Shown one piece after another: positions 10,458 to 20,000 of a stretch of 20,000 bases of DNA. Source of the stretch: Spirogloea muscicola (taxonomy: Eukaryota). The DNA lies in NCBI GenBank assembly GCA_009602725.1, contig WELB01000012.1, positions 1,000,723-1,020,722 on the forward strand. Direction: 5' to 3'. The translations under genes and the position numbers were made by a program. The first letter of the stretch is position 1, and every line of letters begins with the position of its first letter. Below the pieces are notes generated by a model. That model was not told where the DNA came from and searched no databases. It was given only the letters and a program-made list of their open reading frames with translations.

Positions 10458-11317
10458 AGCATTCAGTAGCTTTGAAAAGCATTCATTGTGGGTCGTCATC
10501 AGTGCAGACCATGAGTGCTGTGCGGGCAAAGGCGGGTAGATTCAGAAACTTGTGGCGCCACTCTGGCAATCACTGCAGATATTGGCTGCAAAATATGCCC
10601 CAGAGCTGTTACTGCAGTGGGATAGCAATTGAGATATTGGTGCACAAGCGCATGCCCTAAGCATGCAATACTAGGGAATAAATAGCACAAGCTCTGCAGA
10701 ACTTCAAAGTAGTGAGCCAGAGTAGTCTAAGCTCATGAATACTTGGCTCACATGCACGCATTGGCATGCATTGGCTACTAGAGTGTGTACTACTGTTTGG
10801 CATCAAGTGGCACAGGATGCTAAAAAAATTTAGTGAGGTCATATGATGTGTGCAACTTTTGACTTTCAACTGTGATCTAGAACTGCTTTACATTACGTTC
10901 AGCCCTTTTCAATACCCATTACCCTCTCCCTTCCAGTGATGCTGAAGCTTTTCTACTTTGTGGCCAGCATCAGCGCCTGAGGAATAAGTCGCAGCTCAAT
11001 GTGCTTGTATGAATTTGCCTTGTCCAGCCTTGTATGTGTCAATGCCGAGAAACTCTTGCAGCCGCATTATTAGAATCGAAGACAAATGCAAGAAACAAAA
11101 GCAAGAACCTGCATTAAACAACGGTCCCAATTTGGTGCCTTGTCAATCTATGTATGTAACTAATCTGTGTAGCAGAACACTGATTTGTGTCTCTGTGACC
11201 GTTCTCTGGCCGACTTGGCTATTAGAGCCTTGCTGCTCAGTACACTTGGCTAAGCTAAGCTACACAACGCATGCAGCTGAACAATTGCTGTCAAGAATGT
11301 CAGAAGAACGTCCCTTG

Positions 11318-11476
11318 CTACCTGTGCTTAAATTTCTTTAGACCTACTGGCCCCTGCTGGACTCGTATCCTTTGCCCTGCATAGAAGAAGAGGAGGCAGG
11401 CGCCCTGCATGCAGCCTGCAGCGAGGAGGATGCCTTCAGGGTATGGTACAGCGTTGAGGTGCGGATACGGATAGAT
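11318..11476 (-). CDS. Putative terminal exon of a membrane protein (possibly FAR-17a/AIG1-like); upstream exons not visible
   Basis: A branch-like tgac and ctgcag acceptor precede IYPYPHLNAVPYPEGILLAAGCMQGACLLFFYAGQRIRVQQGPVGLKKFKHR* (52 aa plus TAG). It has a YPYPxL motif, a hydrophobic helix and a KxKxx end. It is too short to appear in the ORF track and lies 160 bp from the single-N junction. Confidence 0.5.
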   Translation of the reverse strand: MYPYPHLNAVPYPEGILLAAGCMQGACLLFFYAGQRIRVQQGPVGLKKFKHR

Positions 11477-11636
11477 CTGCAGCAAGCCGCGTCATATCCC
11501 ACTCACTCAAAGCCAGGACTTGCCAAGCGCGTCATACATACAGGGCATATCACAAATATTTGCAAGTCAACTTTGGAGTGCTTCTTCCTGACCAGGCAGT
11601 AAATTGAGACTGACCACCAATAGGAGCTATCCTCCT

Positions 11637-11637
11637 N
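11637..11637. other. Single-N position, probable contig junction
   Basis: One n, with an abrupt switch from moderate-GC sequence to very GC/CpG-rich sequence. Confidence 0.8.
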
Positions 11638-11834
11638 CCGGCGGCGACTCTTCCGGCGGGGCCTCGGGCGACGACGGCGGCGGCGGCGGCGACGGCGGCT
11701 GCGCCAGCGCCTACGCAGGCCCGGACGCCACGCCGCGGCCTCAATCACATGAGCTCACCCGAGCCAGGAGCGGCAGGCGCGTGGACGGGCCGGACTCGCC
11801 GATCGGGACCAAGAGCGCCGTTGCTGGCATGGAG
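11638..11834 (+). CDS. Candidate upstream exon of the SKP1-like gene (5'-truncated at the N, or starting at ATG 11829)
   Basis: GC-rich open frame GGDSSGGASGDDGGGGGDGG...TKSAVAGME ends in gag|gtgaac. This phase-0 donor is compatible with the acceptor at 12546. An alternative small exon near 12177-12231 (SSMALAKQ) cannot be excluded. Confidence 0.35.
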
Positions 11835-12546
11835 GTGAACCTCGTCGTTCAACAGCCGCCTGAGCGACAGCCGCCCGAGTTTCTGCTTGAACGCTTTCAA
11901 GCGTCAAGACAAACTTCCACTCTTGTGAGTCGTGGTGGCGGAAGGCTGCGGACAGAGCTAGGGTTGCTTAGTCCATCCGGTCTCCTCTGAGCGCCGACTG
12001 GCTGCCGCCATCATACGGCTTGGAGCTTTCGAACATGTACATGTACGTTTTGCTGGCACCGTCACTTGGTAACCTGTCACGATGCCATCTCCAACTTTGA
12101 GATGCTAAGATTATCCAGCATGCCTTCTTTGGAGGTCAATCACTCGGTCACTTGGTCGGTTTTCTTTGTATTACAGCAGTCACCAGAGTCTAACACAAGG
12201 CGTACTTCCAGCATGGCACTTGCCAAACAGGGTGCACGATTTGTTCTGGTGTCAGGTTACAGTTACCTGGGATTGAGAGTGAGCTCAGGCGGCTGCAGGG
12301 CGCATAACATTGTTCCTACGTGTATGTCCTTGAGGATGAGCTCTACAAGCTCATCCTCTTTCAGTCTTAGCTGCAAAGGACTGTAGGGTTAGGTTCAGTA
12401 TACTGGCAAGTCCTGCAAACAAAAGCAGGCTCGTTTGCATGCAGAGGGAATCAGGGACAACACTTGTGTGCATTGTTCAAGTGTAGGTTCATTTCGCAGC
12501 AGGGCCTGTGTATGAGCCTCATCAACATCTGTGGCTGAACCTGCAG

Positions 12547-15500
12547 GTGGTGAGGAGCTCTTTGGTCTGGCTGGAGACAGTGGGCGGAGATGTGCACGAG
12601 GTAGAGCAGGATGTCGCCCTCTTGTTGCCGCTGGTACAGAGGGAGGTCACTCACTCAGGCCACGGCGCCTCCGAAGATGCTGCAGTTGTCCTTCCGAAGC
12701 AAGTGACATCTGGGGTGCTGCGACTTATTCTAGAGTTCTGCCGCTTCCACAAGGTGCCTGGCAGATCTGACAAGGTACATCATCCTAGTTCATCCTCTGT
12801 CTGCAAGTACCTCATCATCGTTCAACGTTGGGTGGATGTCTAGCTCCAGGCTTTTCAACTAACCTGACTTCGACATGGCACGTATGTGGCAGTACTGTCG
12901 TTACTTTGTGTAACTATTTTGTGGAGTGGCATTCATAGCAGCATAAAGAGCCTAAAGAACGTACAGGAAGCAACGGTGCGCCAATTGGTATGGTTCTGCT
13001 TGGATGTTAACAGGAGCGGAAGCTTTTCGATGAGAAGTTCATCAGGCTGGATACAAGGAAGCTCTGCGAGCTCACGTCTGCTGCCGACAGCTTGGACATG
13101 AAGCCGCTCGTAGATCTCACCAGCCGAGCTCTTGCTCGCATGATTGAGGGCAAGACGCCGGAGGAGATCAGGGAGACCTTCCATTTGCCAGATGACCTGA
13201 CCGAGGTGAGGCTACCTGGTAAAATAGCCTCTCACAAGAATGTCACGAGGTAAGGTGCTGAAGTGCAATTCAGCACCTTTTTGGCATCCTCACTGCAGCT
13301 GGACACTGATAGCAGTAGGAAGGAGGAGATCAGAAGTAGGCGCAGTGCAGCATTAGTAGCTGCTGTCAACCCAACTTTGACATTGAGACAGCATTCTGTA
13401 GTGTCTGAGCTCCTAGTTCCATACTGACAAGTCTAAGACAAGTAATGGTCGACTAGCGCTCCAGTTGTGCAAAACGATCCTGATCGCAGTTGGATTGAAG
13501 ACATTGCCAGGAGGAAAAGCTGGAGCCTGTTAAGAATGCCACAGATGACCCTCGGATCAGGCTTCTCAATCGACTGTATGCAAGAAAGCGTAAAGAGCTC
13601 CAGCAGAAGAAGCACTTGAAGGTTTTCTGAGTCTCACACTTCCCCAGCGACAGCTCATTGTCTGCTATTAGTAACGCGGAAGAGGTGTTCAACTGCTCCC
13701 AGGCAGATGCTGTGCTGCTGTTGAGAAAAATTGGGAATCTGTGATGGCGTTGATGACCACGTGGGCCTGCAAAGTCATGCAGACATTTACAGAGGTACAT
13801 CTTTTGGCTTCGCAGACTTCGTTAATGGAGTTGGAGGACAAACCTTGTGATGAGCGCTCAGTAGATGACCTTCTTTCCTTCATTGACGGGAATAGAGCAG
13901 GTACAGTTGTTGTTGTCCCCCAATGTCCACTCCTCCCTTGGAGTGGCTGCGCAAGCTCTCTCTACCATCTCAGCTGATCTTCAGCATACTTGGAGCACTT
14001 AGTCTTGCACTGGCTTCAGCGTTTCCTTCACAATAATTAACCTGTGTCAGTCATGCACATGATGTTGCAGATGAGAAGACAACAGGCAGCAGAGCGAAGA
14101 AAAAGAAGAACAGGAGGAGAAAGGAGTTGCGTGGCGACATTCCCTTGCAAGCCTCAATTGAAGAAATGGTGGGGAAAGATCAGGGCTTAGGCAGAGAGCA
14201 TGCATGCTGTCAGATTGGGGGCGTTCCTGAAGGACGCGTCACTTGCATTCTTTGGTGGGTGTCATTGGTGCATGTCAGGCCAGAAAAACACCACTTGATT
14301 GTCGTGTGTGAGCGTATCAGGCCACTCTGTCTCAGGGTGGAGCACTGAAGGAGTCAATGAGGCAAGAGATTGAGGCGCATGTCCAGGGGGAGGCTGGCCA
14401 GAAGCCACAGCGGACAAAGGCTGCAAAGGTGTGCATGGTCTAGCTCTGCATCAATCTAGACATGAGCAATGCCTGAGAAGGTGCATGCTTTCGGTGTATA
14501 GCTTCGAGCTGCTGCTTAGGCAAATTGGAGTGACCAGTAGTTTTGAGATTTACTTAGCTCTTCGGTTCTTGCTTGCAGGCTTTGAAAAGCAAGGGTGTCA
14601 CCAGGGTTAGCAAAGGCAAGACATTCAAGGAGGCAGCGTCTTCAAGAGGCGATCTCATATTTGATGAAGAGGATTTTGATGACGATGATGGCCTTGATCC
14701 CTTGGAGAAGGAGCGATTGGACAGGTGTGCTGCTTCTGTGCTTCTGTGCTGATCCAAGCGCTTGTACAAGGCCACTAGGCCTTGTATCAAGGCGTAGCGT
14801 AGCAGCATCAAGGCGTAGCGTAGCAGCATGCTTCAGGAGCTATGCTACTGCAAGAGGGGCTAAGAAGTATTGCAGCAAGCTTTGCTTCCGCAGTTTGGAG
14901 GCTCTTTTGCTCTCAGCTGTTTGGGCTGATTTATGCAACCATCGTTTGTTTCTCAGCTAGCCGTGCTAATCCAACCATGCCTCACATGTATGCTGCAGAG
15001 AAATAGAGGACTTTGCAAGGAGGCTGAATTCGGATTGGCCAGACCGGATGCAAGAAATACTGGCTCTCGCGTCCTCAAGCATGGTCTCCGATGACGAGTC
15101 GCTTGCCAACTCGCCATCAGAACAGCCAGAGCTGCAGGTGGTGGACCAGGCAGGCCACCACGAGCAACTGGGCATGGCCGCAGAGAGGCTGAAGGAGCTC
15201 GGCAACAGCAGCGATGTTGACCATGCTCTGCAATTGACCAGCACTGGCAGCACTTGGAGCCAGGAAGGTGAGCCCTTGCGTTTCCAGGGCCGAGTAGCCC
15301 AGGCTGCAATAAGTGAGGCGTTGCCCGTGGGCAAATTCCAGGAGCTCATGGAGGAGGCCGCAATGTCTCCTGTGAAAGCCCTATACAAACTCCCAGCAAA
15401 GGAGGAAGCCAGAGAGGCACACGGCGAGGCTGTTGCGAACAAGCCAGGCGTCGCCGAGCTGGAGTGGAAGCTCGGCAATGCTGCTCTACTGGCTCCCGGG

Positions 15501-15956
15501 GATGGAGTGCTTGAAGATACGGCTGCACATGAGGCAGCCACATCGAGCACCAGTGGCATATCGCAGGCCGCAGAGACGGCAGAGGTGGCCCCTCCGTCAA
15601 CGCCGCCCCCTGCACTGCTGGAATCTCCTGGCCGTGACGCCAGTGCTGAGCTCCAGCGGTCGCCCGCTTCGGGCGTCCTTCTGTCTGACGCCGCGCAGGT
15701 GGCCAGCGCACTGAGACGCTTCGTCCGGCTTGTGGGCCTGGACGATCAGATAGAGATCAGGTTGAAGGGGGCTTCATCGCAAGCTGCCATAGACGAGCGG
15801 AATACCAGTAGTGACTGGTCCGCAGGTACTAGGAATCTAGGATCAGTGGGGCTAGAAGAGCATAGATATCGATCACCCCCGCAGCCTGGCTTTAGGCCCA
15901 CACCCCACAAATTGCCACACACTGCAGCGTCAGAGGCAGTCCCTTACGAACGGTGA
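12547..15956 (+). CDS. ASK21: SKP1-like protein, type II / ASK20-ASK21 class, with a long C-terminal extension
   Basis: Exons 12547-12774, 13014-13205, 13511-13621, 13816-13900, 14071-14168, 14336-14428, 14579-14724, 14999-15956, GT-AG and phase-consistent. Motifs: VWLETVGGDVHEVEQDVA, ILEFCRFHKVPGRSDKERKLFDEKFIRLDTRKLCELTSAADSL.MKPLVDLTSRALARMIEGKTPEEIRETFHLPDDLTEEEKLEP, DDPRIRLLNRLYARKRKEL, DERSVDDLLSFI, KKKKNRRRK (NLS-like), DREIEDFARRLNSDWPDR. The 5' end and extreme 3' end are uncertain. Confidence 0.92.
14761..14827. repeat. Inverted repeat overlapping a perfect 21-bp tandem duplication (intronic)
   Basis: cttgtacaaggcc-acta-ggccttgta(t)caag at 14761-14791, and atcaaggcgtagcgtagcagc twice at 14786-14827. 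Confidence 0.88.
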
Positions 15957-16266
15957 CAAGTTGGTGACGACATCAGAAATCTCGTTCATCGAAGGAGCAC
16001 ACAAGGTCAAGGTGTCCTAGGAAGCCATTGTTGAGGGAGAGTATGTGACAACTGTCGACATCTGCTTGTGCAAAGGTAGCTACTCGTAAGAGGTCTGACT
16101 GTGAGCTGTCAGCTTTCGTCTTGCAACAGGGAGGTTCAGATGGCTGTGTACAGCTTTGAACAGGAAGTCAAGGGAAGGGAATACTGGCTGATAATGGCCA
16201 GATGTGTCGGTTGATCTTGGATGCGATCCTCCATGATTTGAGTTGCTGGCTAAGTGCACTTACACA

Positions 16267-17710
16267 GTCACTCCGCAGCATCTTCAGCTCATGGCCTGTC
16301 TGCCTCTCTGCCGTGAGATGGATTTTCTGACACTTAGCCAGCACCTCATAGTTGTGCTCAGAAAATAATATGCCATCGTTGATTTACCATCAATGAATGT
16401 CAGAATATTGCTACCTTTGAGAGAAGCATCGTCAATTGGTCCACACATGTCACTGTGGACCAACTCCAAACAACTCTTCAGCCCTGGCTGCGCTTTCCCG
16501 TGGGAAGGGTAACCTATGCTGCTTGCCTAAAGCACAAACTTCACAAAAGACATCAGTCTGATGCTTCGGGGATATCTTCCCTCTCACCATATCCCATGAG
16601 AAAACTTTTTCAGAATTGTTGTATCCAAGATGCCCATATTGGCGATGCCAAAGTTCTCTGCCTCGCCTTGGCACGGAGCCGGTGACAAAAGCACAGTCTG
16701 GTAGCTGCTGTTTAAGTACAGTGCAGCATTGCAAGCGATACATCCTTCCTTGCCTACTGCCAGGAGCTACTGCCATCCCGTGGAGGAGTCTGATATTGCA
16801 CATGTGTCTGCGGAAAACCTCACTTCCTTACCAGCGACTTTGCTTTGATGACTGTGAACAGATTGTTCTTCATAGTCGGAACATGGAGCACATCTTGCAG
16901 AACATATGGTACATTTCTACTCTTCCCTTGAGACCGGAATTGACCGTACCTACACCTACAGCATAACTGATTGTTCCCATCTGCATAGGCGATGGTCAGG
17001 GGTGAAGTACGTTTGTAATTGCTGAACCATGTTTGGTGGCAGCAGATATGCTGAGTAGCTTCAACTGGACCCACCACTCTTCACCGTTTGCAGATTCAGC
17101 AGTGTTAGTACTGGAGGCAGCCATGAAAGCTTCCTCTGACGACACCCGCTTAGTTCTCGGGTGAGGGGGTTTTACTTCTGTTTGTTTCTTCCAGCATGTT
17201 TCACAGTGTGTTAGGCTTTTTACAGGAGCTAATGCGAGGCCCTTTGTACTGCTAAAAAGCGCCAAAGCTTCATGAGAGCTATTACTAGACGCCTTGTCCT
17301 GTTGCTTAGTCTCTTCCAGTACAAGTCGGGATATGACTTGTGAGAGAGAAGGGAGCTGGTTCTCTCCCTTCAAGGGAGGTCACTACCACTTCGTAGGAGG
17401 CAGGCAAGCTAGACAGCAAAAACGAGTCCATGTGCATATCCAACCGGACTGCCTATGACAGCAGATTGATCTCCTGAACTTCTCATAGCATCTACACATG
17501 ATGCTATGAGAAGTCTAGGAAGTCGGTGAGGAGGCTCCCTCTGTCATCCTAAGCCCCAGAAGTCTTCTGAAGCGAAACATCTCATTAGCCGGAGACCTAG
17601 GTTGGTAGAGCTTTACAAGCCTGTACCAACAAGCCTTTGAAGTGTCTAACAGCTCAATGTGGTGCAGTTGACTGTGTTCCAAGTCGAGCAATTATAAAAA
17701 TGAATGAAAT
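16267..17710 (-). mobile_element. Degenerate Ty1/copia LTR-retrotransposon internal fragment (gag, protease, GAG-pre-integrase, partial integrase)
   Basis: Minus-strand pieces in copia order, broken by frameshifts and stops: LDLEHSQLHHIELLDTSKACWYRLVKLYQPRSPANEMFRFRRLLGLRMTEG (gag), SQVISRLVLEETK, a decayed protease region W..(DSG)ATQHIC...LQDVLHVPTMKNNLFTV, LWHRQYGHLG...CEVCALGKQHRLPF (HHCC), LELVHSDMCGP...LTFID, and TGHELKMLRSD. No RT, RNase H or LTR is seen. Confidence 0.9.
17478..17514. repeat. Perfect 15-bp inverted repeat with a 7-nt spacer
   Basis: acttctcatagcatc-tacacat-gatgctatgagaagt. Confidence 0.92.
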
Positions 17711-17897
17711 CAACTGCCCTAGCCTGGCGCACTGCGCGTCTTCTCGCTTTCTTGGGCCGCTCCAGTCCTCTGGCATTCTACGTGTACGCGGGCAGACTGC
17801 CGCTTCACAAGCACTCCACGCCAGCTCCCCTCTCTCTCTCCACCTTGCTGCTCGGCACCTGCATTGCTGGTCTGCCTGCGAATGCCGGCCGGCCGCC

Positions 17898-18038
17898 ATG
17901 GAGACGGTGGCTGTCGCATGCCTGCTGTTTATGGCTGTCCAGGCAGTGACGGCCATGCGGGCCGCCGGGAGGGCCACTGTCTCAGGCAATGTCGTCTGTG
18001 ACAATGACCTGAATGGCGTCGTAGACCTCGGCCCATAA
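17898..18038 (+). CDS. Possible first exon or pseudogene of a secreted protein
   Basis: gccgccATGG start context in a GC-rich island. METVAVACLLFMAVQAVTA is signal-peptide-like and is followed by ATVSGNVVCDNDLNGVVDLGP and then TAA. No clear continuation found. Confidence 0.35.
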   Translation: METVAVACLLFMAVQAVTAMRAAGRATVSGNVVCDNDLNGVVDLGP

Positions 18039-20000
18039 GCATCCACTGCTCTTAGCTTCGTCACTTGATAATGCCATTGCTTTCCTGTGGGACACAGCTC
18101 GGTTCCTCTGCCTCAGACTCGCTTGGCACGGAGGCTGACTGGCGTGCGGACAAGCACAAGCGCCGGGGCTGGCAATTCATTCACTGTGCATGAACCCTAC
18201 CGCCAGGGGCGTTGAGGTCATTCTGAAGGTCTGCTTGTAGGACTAGGCTTGGCAAACAGATGGTTACAATGAAACTTAACTGCTACGGATGTGTGCCTAG
18301 GCCCGACACACCTATGCAGGGAGCCCAGGTGGAGCTTATATGCTCTGCTGGTATCGACTTTCCAGGCGAGGTGAACATACTCAGCTGCAGCATAGGCGAC
18401 ATGCAGCACATGCAACCAGATCTTCAAGCATGAGCCTACTCTTCCACTGAAGGGCGATGGCTGTGCTTGGCCAGCCCAAAAAACAGAATGAATAAAATAC
18501 GAAGGGGCCAGAATAGCGCTAAAGTACACAACGACTCAAGTGGCCACTGTACTCAATAATCCCTGTTGAGCAGTCGCAGGTCTAAGAAAATAGAAAGTAG
18601 CGGGTCCCCTGTCTATAACCAGGACTGCAGCCAAAGCGCGACCGGCACGCAATTGCAGCTTGGAGAAGCCCACAGAAAAGCCGGCGCACAGCCAGCTTCG
18701 GTGTGTGACCCACCTTGATGAGGGTTGGCGAGTACCGGCTAATCCAGCGGCAGGTCAGTGGTAGTTCGCGGTGGAAGTGACGGTCCAGGCTAGACTGGTC
18801 ATTAGGACCAGGGGAGCCAAATGGGCGAGATTGCGTGCTCCAAGAAACAATGTCATTTCTTCGCTTTTTGACCTGACCGAGCATAAGGGGATGGAGTGTG
18901 TGTTAAGAGATGGAGGGCCTGTGTGATCAAGTACCAAGGCAAGCACATTGACAAATGTACGTCACCTGCTGCTAAGCTGACCCGCTCAGTAACCACGAGT
19001 CATAAGGGCGCCGAGGGGCAGGACAGACGCAGTCCAATTGGTCCAGTCTTCTCATTTTCGCCAATTTCAAGACCTAGCGTCGCCGCCGCGGCGGCCGGCC
19101 GCCGCCACTGTACACCAGCGGGCTTCGCGAGTGCGTACTGAGCGGCACAAGATGCGGGCGGCAGGATAGGGAAGGCGCACCGACGCCAGGTCATGCCATG
19201 GCTTGAATCGGGCGGCAGTTGAGCATCTTTTCCTTCCCCGAGGTTCGGCCTCTTTGCAGCGTGCTCAGGCTAATGTTTTGCACCAGAAGCTGGGCGAGCT
19301 CTAGTTGGTGGCAGAAGGGCTTCGTTTTTGCCATCTAGTATTCAGGCATCGATTAGCGACTTTTACATTTTGATCCGTGGTTACTAGGCGGGTCAATCTG
19401 CTGTAGTCTATGTAGGTATAGATGTGCTTGCCTTTGTACTTGGCCACTTGGTCTTCGTTTGATCCAAATACGCGCAGTTTCCCCTGACTGAAGCAGAGCT
19501 GGAGGTTTGCAACTCCTTTTGTCCTGGCCTTTCATAAGCATTGCCTTCTATTGGAGGAGCCAGACTCAATCTTTCTATTTCCACACCTTGGCCCAAGAGA
19601 TATCTAGATCTTGCAGACACCTCTTCCATCTCTCTCAGCTATTTTCACATCTTGGTCCGAAGGATCAAAGGAATGCGCTACAGCGAGCGAAGCTGTTGAC
19701 TGAGAGTGGCTGAGGTGACCGGGGCAATGCCAGCTTGGGAGAGAAGTGCGCGCCCATTGAGAAGAGGGGCTGGCAAAGCCAGCCCAAAAAAGAATGGACA
19801 ATGTCCAAAGCCACAGAAAGAGGAGCCGGAGAAAGGACTACACTACAAAACACTGCAGAACACATAGACGATGCAGAGGGAAGCTCAGTACCCACGAGTG
19901 AGCAACATCAGGTCTGAGTAGCTCGCTGCAGGGAAAGAGGCACTCCGCCAACACGCTGGTGTATCGTCAGTGCCTGGGAGCGCTGCAGACTCAATGATAG

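Noticed and set aside
14953..15711. Antisense ORFs of 118-197 aa opposite the SKP1-like last exon
   Set aside because: Ser/Ala-rich mirror translations of the plus-strand coding frame with no independent motifs.
15960..16266. Possible LTR or RT continuation of the copia element
   Set aside because: No matching repeat found on the other flank and no RT motifs seen; more simply 3' UTR or intergenic DNA.
18218..19000. ORFs of 60-103 aa on both strands
   Set aside because: No recognisable motifs, and no consistent exon chain could be built.
1..20000. tRNA/rRNA genes, or a functional gene cluster linking PrimPol, transporter, PhoD and SKP1-like
   Set aside because: No RNA-gene signatures were recognised by eye, and the four proteins belong to unrelated pathways, so adjacency alone does not support a system.

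Overview
Eukaryotic, intron-rich genomic scaffold with assembly gaps (N-run 2637-3388, single N at 11637). The proteins are plant-type and the DNA has GC-rich (CCG)n islands, so a streptophyte green alga is my inferred, unverified source. Four spliced genes can be reconstructed exon by exon: PrimPol (minus, runs off the left end), a UTr1/UTr3-SLC35B1-type nucleotide-sugar transporter (plus, first exon probably in the gap), a plant PhoD-type metallophosphoesterase with a C-terminal membrane anchor and one GC-AG intron (plus), and an ASK20/21-type SKP1-like gene with an unusually long C-terminal tail (plus). Two apparent orphan 3' exons on the minus strand (a Gly/Pro/Met-rich tail and a membrane-protein tail ending in KxKxx) abut repeat or gap junctions. 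With these, the order looks like three divergent gene pairs, each centred on a CpG/CCG-rich island. A decayed Ty1/copia gag-protease-integrase fragment lies at about 16.27-17.71 kb, followed by a possible secreted-protein start. I found no convincing novel biological system. The best leads are the orphan exons, the SKP1-like extension, the PhoD 5' ambiguity and recurrent short inverted/tandem repeat scars. All family assignments come from recalled motifs, not database searches.
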